Origin: Mobula hypostoma
Lineage: Eukaryota
NCBI RefSeq assembly: GCF_963921235.1
Contig: NC_086098.1
Span: forward strand, 155,682,001-155,746,000
Length of the DNA: 64,000 bases
Reading direction: 5' to 3'
This document shows, piece by piece, positions 38,059-50,644 of the stretch (position 1 is the stretch's first letter; each line of letters begins with the position of its first letter). A program made the translations under genes and the position numbers. The notes below the pieces were generated by a model. It worked only from the letters and a program-made list of their open reading frames with translations. It ran no database searches and was not told where the DNA came from.

Positions 38059-40053
38059 AATACGTTAAGGAGGAGGATGTGTGAGACCTCCTAATGAGTA
38101 TTAAGGTAGATAGGGCCCCAGGGCCTGATGGGAGTTAAACCTGGTTATTGAAGGAGTCGGGAAACGAAATGGCTGGGGCCTTGACCATTATCTTTGTGCC
38201 CTCGTTAGCCACAGACGAGGTCCCAGAGGAGTGGTGAGTGGCTAATGATGTACCTCTATTTACGAAGGGAACAAGGGAAAATCCTTGGGACTGTAAACCG
38301 GAGAACCTCACGTCAGCTGTAGGAAATTGTGGGAAAAAACGCTTAGGGATAAGATATATAAGCATCTGGAAACCCATAGCCTAACTCGGAAAGGCCAACA
38401 TGGCTTTGTGCATGGTAGATCGTGCCTTGCCAACTTGATTGAGTTTGTCGAGAAGGTTACAAGAGAGAGATTCATGAGGTTAGGGCAGTGGATGTTGGCT
38501 TAGTAAGGCTTTCGACAAAGTCTCTCATAGGAAGCTAACCCGGAAGATTAGGAAGCATGGAGTCCGTGGCAAATTGGCTGTTTGGATTCAGAACCAATTT
38601 GCGCATCGAAGACAGAGGGTAGTAGTTGAAGGGACTCATTCCAGCCGGAGGGCTGTAATTAGTGGAGATACATCTGTATTTACTCGAGAGACGGACACTG
38701 AGTGAGGCAAAACAGTAGTGTGTTCATGGACGTAAGAGGGTTACAGAAGAGTCGGTTTTTACTATTTGAGGTAACTTATGTTGGACATATCCCTAGGGGC
38801 TGAAGAAGTTTTCTCGGACCTTGTGGGAGGCTGTTGAGAAAGTGCAGGGGACTTAGCAAACATATTTAAAATGTCCTTAGCCTCAGATGAGAGGCCAGAG
38901 GATAGGTGGGTAGCTAATGTTCTTCCGTTGTTCAGGAAACACTCAAGAATAAACTTGGCAATTATAGGCCGGTGAGCTTGACGTTAGTAGAGCGTAGGTT
39001 ATCATAAGGGATTCTAAGGGATCAGATAGAACGGCGTTTGGAGAAAAACAGAGACTAATTAGGAAAGGTCAACATGGATTTGTGCGTGGTGTGTCAGTTC
39101 TAACCAATCACATAAATTTTTTCAAGACCCTTATCAAGAGGTTTGATGAAGAAAATACTGTGGATATTGCCTACATGGACTATAGCATGGACGATGACGA
39201 GGCTCCGTTTGGGAAGTTGTCCTGAAGGTTAACTCGCTTGGCATTCGGTATAAGGTAAACATTTGGATTAGACGTTGCGTTCACCAGAGAGTGCTAGTAG
39301 ATGTTTGCCTCTGTGAGTGGAGGCCTGTGGCTAGTGGTGTACCTCAGGGATGGGTGTTATGTCCGTTGTTGTTTGTCATCTATATCAATAATCCGATTCA
39401 TAATGTAGTAAACTAGGTCATCAAATTTGTGGATGACACCAAGATTGGGGTCTTAATGGACAGCGAAGAAGGTTATTGAAGCTTGCAGCGGTATCTGGAG
39501 CAGCTGGAATAGATGGGATGAAAAATGGCAGGTGGCGATTATTGTACTTTGAGAGGACAAACCAGATAGGGCTTACACGATGAGCGGCAGGGCACTGAGG
39601 AGTACGGTAGAACAAAAGGAATGCAGATCCACAATTTCTTCAAAGTATCGCCCGAGGTAAATATGGCCGTAAGGATAGCTTTTGGCATATTGGCCTTCGT
39701 AGATCAAAATAAATACTGAGTACAAGAGTTGAGATGAAACCTTGAAGTTGTCTAAGACGTTTGCGAAGCTTGATTTGGAGTATTATATGTAGTTCTAGTC
39801 ACGTGCCCACAGGAACGCTATCAATAGCATTGAAAGAGTGCAGCGAAGATGTACAAGGATGCTACTGGCACTGAACCTGAATTATAGGGAAAGATAGAAT
39901 AGATTTGGACATAATTCCCTGGAGCAAAGGAGAGTGATTGGCGACTTGATAGAGGTATACAAAATTCTGAGAGGTATAGACAGCGTGACCACAAGCTGGG
40001 CTTTTCCACTAAGGTTGGGTGAAATTAGAACTAGAGATCACGGGTTATTGGTG

Positions 40054-40385
40054 TGTTACGTACCCAGTAACGGGTTAAAGAACCAGCAGAAATGGAAAAC
40101 AGATTGGAGTCTGGTATTGCTATTTTCTAAAAACTTCTTCACACAGAGAGTGGTGAATCTGTGGAATTCTCTGCCACAGGAAACAGTTGAGGCCAGTTCA
40201 TTGGCTATATTTAAGAGGGAGTTAGATATGGCCCTTGTGGCTAAAGGGATCAGGGGGTATGGAGAGAAAGCAGGTACAGGGTTCTGAGTTGGATGATCAG
40301 CCATGATCGTACTGAATGGCGGTGCAGGTTCGAAGGGCCGAATGGCCTACTCCTGCACCTAGTTTCTATGTTTCAATGTTTTCTA
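40054..40385. mobile_element. Inverted LTR-end fragment (40054-about 40125) joined to a young CR1 3' end
   Basis: TGTTACGTACCC..AACCAGCAGAAATGG..TTGGAGTCTGG resembles the reverse complement of the 3' end of the 19732-20633 LTR; then CR1 FFTQRVVNLWNSLP and tail. Confidence 0.7.
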
Positions 40386-40489
40386 TAATTCGGCTCGGCA
40401 TCTAACCTGTCAATCTCACAAACATGTTTACAGATTTCAATGGCATTGCCTCCCTTTCATCTAAATGCCAAAGAATATAGGCCCTATAT

Positions 40490-43058
40490 GTCCTCAGTAA
40501 GGGCCTCACGTTTGTCCCCCTTCGCCCACACCTCAGCGAGTTCCGTGTTCGCCATGATGCGGAACTTTTCTTCCGCCGTCTCCGTCTCCGAGCCTACTTC
40601 TTCGGCAAGGACTCTTCCACCCCCACCGATGACCCCTTCTCCCGTCTTCAACCCTCCTCTTCTTCATGGACACCCCGCTCTGGTCTTCTGCCTGCTCTGG
40701 ATCTCTTTATTGCTAACTGCCGACGGGACATCAACCGTCTCGACTTCACCGCACCTTGTCCCCATTCCAACCTCACTCCTTCGGAACGCTCTGCTCTCCA
40801 CTCCCTCCGCACTAATCCTAACATTGTTATTAAACCCGCTGATAAAGGGGGTGCTGTTGTAGTCTGGCGTACTGACCTCTACCTTGCCGAGGCACAGCGA
40901 CAACTCGCGGATACCTCCTCTTATTTACCCCTCGATCGTGACCCCACTAAGGAGCACCAGGCCATTGTCTCCCACACTATCAACGACTTTATCCGCTCAG
41001 GGGATCTCCCATCCACTGCTACCAACCTTATAGTTCCCACACCCCGCACTTCCCGTTTCTACCTCCTACCCAAGATCCACAAACCTGCCTGTCCTGGCCG
41101 ACCTATTGTCTCAGCTTGCTCCTGCCCCACCGAACTCGTTTCTGCATACCTCGACACTGTTTTATCGCCCCTTGTTCAATCCCTTCCGACCTATGTTCGT
41201 GACACTTCTCACGCTCTTAAACTTTTCGATGATTTTAAGTTCCCTGGCCCTCACCGCTTTATTTTCACCATGGATGTCCAGTCCCTATATACTTCCATCC
41301 CCCATCAGGAAGGTCTCAAAGCTCTACGCTTCTTTTTGGATTCCAGACCTAATCAGTTCCCCTCTACCACCACTCTGCTCCGTCTAGCAGAATTAGTCCT
41401 TACTCTTAATAATTTCTCCTTTTGCTCCTCCCATTTCCTCCAAACTAAAGGTGTAGCTATGGGCACCCGTATGGGTCCTAGCTATGCCTGCCTTTTTGTT
41501 GGGTTTGTGGAACTATCTATGTTCCGTGCCTATTCTGGTATCTGTCCCCCACTTTTCCTTCGCTATATCGACGACTGCATTGGCGCTGCTTCCTGCACGC
41601 ATGCAGAACTCGTTGACTTTATTAACTTTGCCTCCAACTTTCACCCTGCCCTCAAGTTTACTTGGTCCATTTCCGACACCTCCCTCCCCTTTCTAGATCT
41701 TTCTGTCTCTGTCTCTGGAGACAGCTTATCCACTGATGTCTACTATAAGCCTACTGACTCTCACAGCTATCTGGACTATTCCTCTTCTCACCCTGTCTCT
41801 TGCAAAAACGCCATCCCCTTCTCGCAATTCCTCCGTCTCCGCCGCATCTGCTCTCAGGATGAGGCTTTTCATTCTAGGCCGAGGGAGATGTCTTCATTTT
41901 TTAAAGAAAGGGGCTTCCCTTCCTCCACTATCAACTCTGCTCTTAAACGCATCTCCCCCATTTCACGTACATCTGCTCTCACTCCATCCTCCCACCACCC
42001 CACTGGGAATAGGGTTCCCCTGGTCCTCACCTACCACCCCACCAGCCTCCGGGTCCAACATATTATTCTCCGTAACTTCCGCCACCTCCAACGGGATCCC
42101 ACCACTAAGCATATCTTTCCCTCCCCCCCTCTCTCTGCATTCCGCAGGGATCACTCCCTACACAACTCCCTTGTCCATTCGTCCCCCCCATCCCTCCCCA
42201 CTGATCTCCCTCCCGGCACTTATCCGTGTAAGCGGAACAAGTGCTACACATGCCCTTACACTTCCTCCCTTACCACCATTCAGGGCCCCAAACAGTCCTT
42301 CCAGGTGAGGCATCACTTCACCTGTGAGTCGACTGGGGTGATATACTGCGTCCGGTGCTCCCGATGTGGCCTTTTATATATTGGTGAGACCCGACGCAGA
42401 CTGGGAGACCGCTTCGCTGAACATCTACGCTCTGTCCGCCAGAGAAAGCAGGATCTCCCAGTGGCCACACATTTTAATTCCACATCCCATTCCCATTCTG
42501 ACATGCCTATCCACGGCCTCCTCTACTGTAAAGATGAAGCCACACTCAGGTTGGAGGAACAACACCTTATATTCCGTATGGGTAGCCTCCAACCTGATGG
42601 CATGAACATTGACTTCTCTAACTTCCGCTAGGCCCTACCTCCCCCTCGTACACCATCTGTTACTCTTTTTTATGCACACATTCTTTCTCTCACTCTCCTT
42701 TTTCTCCCTCTGTCCCTCTGAATATACCTCTTGCCCATCCTCTGGGTCACCCCCCCCCCGTCTTTCTTCCCGGACCTCCTGTCCCATGATCCTCCCGTAT
42801 CCCCTTCTGCCTATCACCTGTCCAGCTCTCGGCTCCATCCCTCCCCCTCCTGTCTTCTCCTATCATTTTGGATCTCCCCCTCCCCCTCCAGCTTTCAAAT
42901 CCCTTACTCACTCTTCCTTCAGTTAGTCCTGACGAAGGGTCTCGGCCTGAAACGTCGACTGCACCTCTTCCTATAGATGCTGCCTGGCCTGCTGCGTTCA
43001 CCAGCAACTTTGATGTGTGTTGCTTGAATTTCCAGCATCTGCAGAATTCCTGTTGTTT
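40490..43058 (+). mobile_element. Penelope-like element (RT plus GIY-YIG endonuclease) with 3' pseudo-LTR
   Basis: ORF 41270-42631: GVAMGTRMGPSYACLF, RYIDD, GVIYCVRCSRCGLLYIGET..RFAEH; 9-bp TSD GCCCTATAT at 40481-40489 and 43059-43067. Confidence 0.93.
42925..42960 (+). ncRNA. Minimal hammerhead ribozyme motif in the PLE tail
   Basis: AGTC-CTGACGA-AGGGTCTCGGCCT-GAAA-CG-TC-GACT; stem I AGTC/GACT, stem II AGG/CCT. Confidence 0.7.
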
Positions 43059-43729
43059 GCCCTATATATTTATTTACATAAACACGCACTTATTCTAAAA
43101 ACAAAACCTGTTGCATTTCATACAATCTCAGGATCGTCCCAGACCCACCAGTTTCACCCCGTATATATTTGTCAATGGCCCTCAGTTGAATGAGTTCCTA
43201 CATGACAGATGATTGTGTGTCTGTGTGTACATGTGTGTGCGTTTATATGTGGGTGCGTGAGCCATCCAATCGCTACACAAGTTTTTAAATAGTATCATGC
43301 ACCTTTCATTGCTGCTTTTTGCATCAAGGCAATATCATTAAAGAGAGATTTAAGTTATATTTTTATTTTATTCTGCACTCGAAAGAAAACTCATGAAAAC
43401 TTATTACAAATCAGACTGTATCTTTAATGTGATTAGATAGCTGCTTCTGTGCGGTATTATTAGATATCAGCAATCTGGCAATAATCAAGAAAGCAAGCGG
43501 CATTTAATGAACATTTGGGGATGCATTTAACTGAGATTAGTTAATATTCGAGTATATTAATTATAACAATTATATAATTTAATAGAATGGCATTTGAAAC
43601 TGACAAAACTTAAATGACGACTCTGATCGCAAATACTTATCTGCAGAAGAACAATGTTTTAAAATCATTTTAATGAGGGAAAGGACGGTGAAAAAAAGCC
43701 TTTCATATTGAATAAGTTGTAAATTGTTT

Positions 43730-44052
43730 TTAGATACAGCTGGATCTCTCGACCGTTGCCTCAAACGGATTTGCTAGAGCCTCGTGTTTAACCACACAGG
43801 AGTAAAGCTCGTGTGTTCTCCATTCTGCGGCTGGCAGAGTCAGGTAACTGCTCACACTGAACGTGTTGTCCGTTTCCTGCTGGACAGGGCTCATTTCAAC
43901 GCCATCGCTTTTCGTAAGTCTGTCCACGGTCCACTCAATGTCCACAGCGCCCGGATTAAAACGGCTCACCAAACACACCAGTGTCGCTGTGCCTTCTCCC
44001 GTGATTTCTTCCGCTGACGGCCGGAGGACGGTGACGGCGGGGCTCGGAGGAT
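43730..44052 (-). CDS. IgL cluster 3 constant exon, open (gene inactivated upstream)
   Basis: (N)PPSPAVTVLRPSAEEITGEGTATLVCLVSRFNPGAVDIEWTVD..DNTFSVSSYLTLPAAEWRTHELYSCVVKHEALANPFEATVERSSCI*; both C1 cysteines, Trp and penultimate Cys present. Confidence 0.93.
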
Positions 44053-46324
44053 CTGTTTAACACAAGGTGCTAGTTTAGTATGGGTAACTGTTCCTGTTAA
44101 AACATCCCTTTTGTTTAAAGTGCCTTTGGTATTTCGTGCATTCATTAATCTTAATGCATACATACTTCTTTTCAGTTTTCCCACTTCAATCTGTAAAATT
44201 GGACTGAAAAATTGCCCTCTTTAATTTCCCATGATGATTACTGTTTGTGACACTGGGTCACAATAAGTGCCGTGGCATAAAATGAATGATTTCGGCACGA
44301 GTTTTAATCAGTCTCCTAGGCATTGCATCCATTGAATTCAGGTTGAATAAAAATCTGAGGTTATTCCTGACTGCTAGTTGTGGCTTCCTTTGGCACCTAA
44401 GAATCCACCGACCTTAGATATCGTCACTTCATTCAGCCCTTCAGTCAGCAAGACAAGAGACAGAATTCTACTTCATGTTTTGCTTAAACTCGGGGATTAG
44501 TACAGGGGGTTCTCAACCTTTTTTTATGTCACGGACGCCTGCCATTAGCAGAGGGATGTGTGGACCCCAGGTTGGGAATCCCTAGAATTGTATATTTAAT
44601 GCTTCTTAACCATCGGAATACAGCGTTCGCTTTGCGGCAATATTAAATTTACAGGCTACCTGTATAGTAAATCACTTTTGGAAAGTTTAACATACATGTT
44701 GAAATTTATACGCTTTTTTCCCGAAATATTATTTTTCCACTTGAAGAAAGTAATTCAAATCTGATTTGTGGAGTGTAGCGTATCTTTCTCCTTACACTCA
44801 CCAGTAAGGAAACCACTTTCTTACCGTGTTCACGACGTAGGTGGTAAATAAACGGAATACAACTGTATTCATCGGAAATGGCTCCGAACTACGGCTCATC
44901 GTGGTTTACTTTCATATTTTAAAGTAATTTCTCGCGTAAAGTTGAAACGTTCGCTGTTCTGTGGTTCCATTTTTGGTGCCCTGACAAATTTTATGATAGA
45001 TTAATTCCACTGCCCGTTATGCCGCTGTCTTTCAGGGCAGCAATGAAGATCCTTAATCTCTTTCTATAAAAACGGTCGCAAACAGGGGTAGAAGGATTCT
45101 TCATTGCTATAAAAGTTTGACCAGCCAGGGTTGCTGGCTTTGAGTTGAACCCCTGATCCTGGATGGCATATGTACCACTCTTAGTCTGGTCTCTACCCTT
45201 TCACCTGCTGGACATGGTTGACACTACCAAGCACCAAAGCACAAGCCCCGAACACTCGCCAACATAGTGGTCACTGAGCAACGCATGTATTCAAAACCTA
45301 CGATAAGATGGTGGTCCTCTTGGGGGTTTATTTCACAACTGGCAGAATAGTCAGTCTGCTAAATTTGCACATGTTAACTTTTCCAAGGTAAGAGAGAAGT
45401 AATACTAAAGGTTGAAAACTGTAAAAAAAATACAAAAAGGCGTATGCAAAACACTGAAGGATTATTTTAACACCCCTTGGTGGTTTGATACAAACTTTTA
45501 ACTGCTCAAACTGGCGGTAAAAAATATAAAAAAAAGGACAATGATTAATCAAGCAGTTAGTCTTCTCAGTGACATCTCAAAGAGTTTCCCTAGAATTGAT
45601 GGAATAATTGTTGTTGGCATTCTGTTTCTCCAGGCACCGAAAGAATTCCCGTTAACTGCCGTGTTTATCATTATCCATGCGTCAGATGGCAATTATGGTA
45701 CCAATTCTGTTATTTTTAGGAAAACGTAAGGAGACACACAAATAATTTTCGCAAGGTGTCCAATGATTTAAAAAAATCATTAACAAATGTTCAGCGAGTC
45801 GGACATTATCAGATACTGTGGAAGTTTTAGGGAGATTATACCTGATTGCATTGGAACGAAACGCCTTATTCATCTATCTTTCTTCATCTATGAAAGTTTA
45901 TGATTTTAAAAGAATCATCCAGGGTCCAGTGATCAGTGGCGAGCAGATATCTTATGGTTTGTAACGGGCATCAACACAAATGGTATCATTAGCAAAGGTG
46001 GATGAGCGACAAAATCATAGATTAATCAAAATGCGGCAATGCAGGACTATACTCATTTATTAACGATCGGACTAATTCTTCACCTGGTTTGGCAATTATT
46101 AGCTCATCTTCTAGAATGCCAGCACAAATTAAAAAAAAAACTAGAGGGGCATTTGGAGTGTCGGGGGCGCGAGGTCTACTAAATTGCCAAAGGACCGTTA
46201 CTAGAACTTGGATATTTGAAAAATGCCAAATTTGGTTTCGAAGCAACCATAAGATGACACAAATTTAACTATTGTTCATGTAAGTACCAAGAAGCCAAGC
46301 GCCTTGAATTGATATTTTACTTAC

Positions 46325-46670
46325 TGCCAATTGCCAGCCTCGTTCCTTTGCCGAAGATTAAACTATTTTTCCAGACAGCACAGTAATAGTCTGCCGCATC
46401 TTACGACTGGACGCTCGATATTGTGAGTGTTGCCGTGTTGTCCTGATATTGAGCCACCGAAACGGTTCGGAACTCCGGAGCCTCTGTGAATGCTGCTCCC
46501 GGACCAATAGTAGAACAGAAACCGAGGAACTTTTTCGGGAATCTACTGGTACCAGTAAACAGTGCTACTTCCTAAAGAGGTTCCAGACAAGGTGCAGGGT
46601 ATTTGAACGTTCTGCCCCGGGGATGTGGATTTAGAAGGTGGCTGATTCAGTGCAACTTCCGCGTTGGTAT
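46325..46670 (-). pseudogene. IgL cluster 3 joined V-J pseudo-exon
   Basis: TAG at 46545-46543 (WYQ*), 1-nt insertion near 46441, GAG>TAA at 46403-46401; CDR3 AVWKNSLI then FGKGTRLAIG. Confidence 0.93.
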
Positions 46671-46794
46671 CTGGAAACACTTAGTGGGAAGAAACAATGT
46701 ACCGAGATTAATATTAGAGTAATGCCAGAAGTGCGAGCAGAATATCATTGAATGGTATTCGAGATTCAATAAAATATCCATAGAAAATACTCAC

Positions 46795-46843
46795 ATATTG
46801 CAGTGAACACCAGCGTACTGACCGCAGGAACCCAGAAAGACAG
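46795..46843 (-). pseudogene. IgL cluster 3 leader exon with ATG>CTG
   Basis: CTG TCT TTC TGG GTT...ATA T|GTGAGT aligns with the leaders of clusters 1 and 2. Confidence 0.88.
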
Positions 46844-46952
46844 TGTAATTATTTGAGTGAAGCTCACACAAGGTGCGGCCGTTAAATGGAGTCTCAACTT
46901 TTCTGCTCGCTTATGAATCCTGTGACGAGGTGGCACTGCGTGCTCCCTATAT

Positions 46953-46962
46953 ATGCCAATCA
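46953..46962 (-). promoter_or_regulatory. Mutated octamer (TGATTGGCAT), cluster 3
   Basis: Plus strand ATGCCAAT where clusters 1 and 2 have ATGCAAAT. Confidence 0.8.
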
Positions 46963-48127
46963 GTTCAAACAGAATGGCACCTTGACACCAATCACAAGTT
47001 GCCAACTTTCTCGAGTGTCAAATTATTTTCAAGTTGTTAGCCGGATAAGTATTTGGTTTCCAGTTGCGTCTTACGCCAATGTATTTTAGATAAAGAATTT
47101 GTCCTCTTGCCCCATCAGTTGCACACTATATTTAAAATGCGCGAAGCTTGCATCATGATCAAAGATTGTTTTTCCGTGAAATTTGAAAGAAAGAGATGAA
47201 GAAAATAAATACTGGCAATTATAAATGGATCTGTAGAGTTGATAATAAAGTCCAAGCCGCTTGTCTGTATATTTTTTTAGAAAACTCACCACTGCCAAAC
47301 AGATGTAAAGGGTTTGCAATGATTTTGAAAAGCCTATTTTCCAGCAGCACCCTAATCACTCACTTTACTGAAGATATTCAGAAGGAAAATTGAGAAATGT
47401 ATTGAATCGACAAGACATCTTATTGCGTGTTATGAATAATTAAAAGTGGATCAAATGATTCAGTTGGTGCCGTGGGTGGTTCACTATAAATTCTGCCAAC
47501 CTTTGGTCAAGATTGGGAACTATATTTACATGAAACCACAGGTGCCTTATACCATAGAATATATATATAGCTGTGGCGGGGTGAAGTTACGTCTCTACCG
47601 AAGGAGATGTGGAGCCTCCATCCCACCGCTAGCCTGCAGGTCACCCTAAAGTAATGTGTCGCAGCTGCTTAGCCCCACGATCAATCTCACATGGAGCAAG
47701 GGAACGGGCGGTGGATGGTCGTATGAGCATCTGGACCTGGTTATGCAACCACTGACACTAGGCAGACAATTCCTGAAGAGTATTGACAAAGGCTGCGTTC
47801 ATCCGACTTGTAGAGCTACTGCCCAGGAGAAGGCAATGGCAAACCATTTCTGTAGAAAAAATTGCGAACAACAATCATGCCATGGATAATACCCTGATCG
47901 TCCGCGTCATACAACACTGCACATAATGCTGGTGATGTGTTTATATGAATTAAGCAGACATTCTTGAAATAAATGCTTTATTTTTTATGAGTCTCACGGA
48001 TCAGGCAGAATTAGTGAACAGCGGAATAATTCTTAGGTCTTATTAATAGTTAAACCATCGAACATAGCAAACTTACAAAATATATCGGTTTGGGACATGA
48101 GAAACTATTCGCAGGATCATGATTTTT

Positions 48128-48672
48128 CAGAATCAGAATCAGAATCAGGTTCATTTTCACCGGCATGTGACGGTGAATTTGTTAACTTAGCAGCAGCAGT
48201 TCAATACCATACATAAACTAGCAGAGAGAGAGAGAGAGAGAATAATAAAATAAAATATAATAAAAAATAAATAAGTAAATCAATTATGTATATTGAATAG
48301 ACTTTTAAAAATGTGAACAAACAGAAATGCTGTATATTTAAAAAAGTGAGGCAGTGCCCAAAGCTTTAATGTCCATTTAGGAATCGGATGGCAGAGGGGA
48401 AGAAGCTGAGTGTGTGCCTTCAGGCTTCTGTATCTCCTACCTGATGGTAACCGTGAGAAAAGGGCATGCCCTGGGTGCTGGAAGTCCTTAATAACGGACG
48501 CTACCTTTCTGAGCCACCGCTCCCTACAGATGCGCTGGGTAATTTTTAGGCTAGTATCCATGATGGAGCTGACTAGAGTTACAACCTTATGAGGCTTCTT
48601 TCGGTCGTGTGCAGTAGCCCCTCCATACCAGACAGTAATGCAGCCTGTCAGAATGCTCTCTATGGTACATCT
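48128..48672 (-). mobile_element. Rex1/Babar-like LINE 3' end with (GAATCA)n tail
   Basis: ORF 48280-48681 YRCTIESILTGCITVWYG..HPGHALFSRLPSGRRYRS. Confidence 0.82.
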
Positions 48673-50644
48673 ATAGATCAAGTATTTCTGCTGGAGCTTT
48701 ACATTCTCTAATTATTATCTCCTCGATTTTGCAATAGTAAAATTCATTCCTGTATGTTTTCCTTTCAAACACTCCAAAGATACGAGTATGGTGCGTTAAA
48801 AACAAATTCATTTCACTTAGAATATCGCGATAAACATGGCCAGGACAGCACGGGATAGATAGAAAGAAAAGCTGCGACACTGCCCGTCAGTGAGTAACAA
48901 TCTTCAACAGATGATGAAAATTCTGCAGTAGCACCGCGCCCTGAAACTGAATATAGAATTTAGTGAAAGAGTACCATTGTTTCTTTTCCAGCATCTGAAT
49001 CGACCTCCTCTTAGGAAATGAGACTTGGTAAGCGACTGAAGGTGGTGGTTAAGAGCCAGTGACCATAATTCCATTTGATTTTAAAGGAGTTTTGAAAAAG
49101 AGACAGGGTTAGTTCTCAAGTTAAAGGACTAAATTGGGACAAAGCAAAATTTGATGGGATTAGACCGGAACTCTCAAAGATCAATTCAGAGAAGCTGTTA
49201 GCAGGCATAGTGAAGTTTGGCAAGTCGGAAGCTTTTGAAAATGAGACACAGTGAATTCAGGACAAATATATTCCTGTTAGCGTGAATAGCAAGGTAGGTA
49301 GGATTCAGGAGTTCTGGCTGATGGAGGGAGATTGTCGTCTGCGAAGAGACAGAAATAGCCAGCTGAGATGCAGCAAAACCCGTTAGGAAAATGAGGACTG
49401 CTGGAGTCCAGTTAATTAAGAAATCAGGAGCGAAAAGGGACATAAGACATCCTTGGCAGATAAGTTGATTCTAAGAATTTTTAAAAATATATAAAGAACA
49501 AAAGAGCAACTGGGGAGAGAAAAGGTCCACTTTAGAAATAATTTGATCGTCCAGACAAAGGAGGACCTAATTGAATACTTCTCTCTACTTTAAAGAGGAA
49601 AAATCATGGAAGCTAGCAAACTCAAGGCCGAGCACAGTGATGCCCTGTAAGGTAATGATATTATGCAAAATCGTTATTTGTGTTTTTGAGGAGGATAGCG
49701 GTGGGTAACTCCTGGGATCGTGCTATCTATTTCAGAAAAAGTGTAGCAAGCTTGGGTGCAGTTTGCTGGACCTTTGCAGAGACTTTTGCATCTTCGTTAG
49801 CCACAGTTGTGGTTTTGGAAACCTATAGGTTGGCTGATGTTGCATCTTTATTTAAGAGAAACTTTAAGGATAAGCTACGGAATTACAGGCAGGCAAGCCC
49901 AACGTTAGTGTTGGGAAGGTTACTACAGGTGATTCTGCGAGACAGGATCCATATGCATATGCAAAGGCAAATGAATAATTAGGAATATTTAAAATAGTTT
50001 TGTGCGTGAGAAATCTCGACTCCCAAATTTACATGGCTGTTTTATCGATGTCACCAAAATGGTTGATGTAGGCATGGTAGTAGTTGACCACATGAAATGG
50101 CAGTCTTGAATTATAATGGGCGACTGGGATAATTTGGGACTGCTTTTCTTCGACGCAAGTGGGCTGGTATGACATTGTAGAGATTTATTACATAGTGATG
50201 GGAATATATAGCGTAAATGGCTAAAGTCCATTTCCCATCGACGCAGTGCCAAAAACTGGATTGGATGGGCTTAAGGTGAGAGGGGAATATCAAAGGAGAC
50301 CTATAAGTAAACTTTCATCATAAAGGCGGTGACGATGTGGAAATACCTGCCAGAGGAATTGGTAGGCGCTGCAACAATTACGAAGTTTTAAAACCGTTTG
50401 GAGATGTGCGTAAATAGGAAATGTTTAAAGAAATACACGGAAAATGCCGGTGAATGGGTCCAGCTCAAGAAGACTCTTTAGTCGGTATAGACGAAATGGG
50501 CCGAAGAATTGGGGAGTTGGTCGCAATGCAGTGATAAATGCGTTTATCGATCAGCTATTGCATTGGTCGTTTGGAGCAGATGGGGCTCATTAACCGTGGT
50601 TGGCAGCTCATCTAGGAGAAGGAAAACTCTGATCTCAAACCTAC

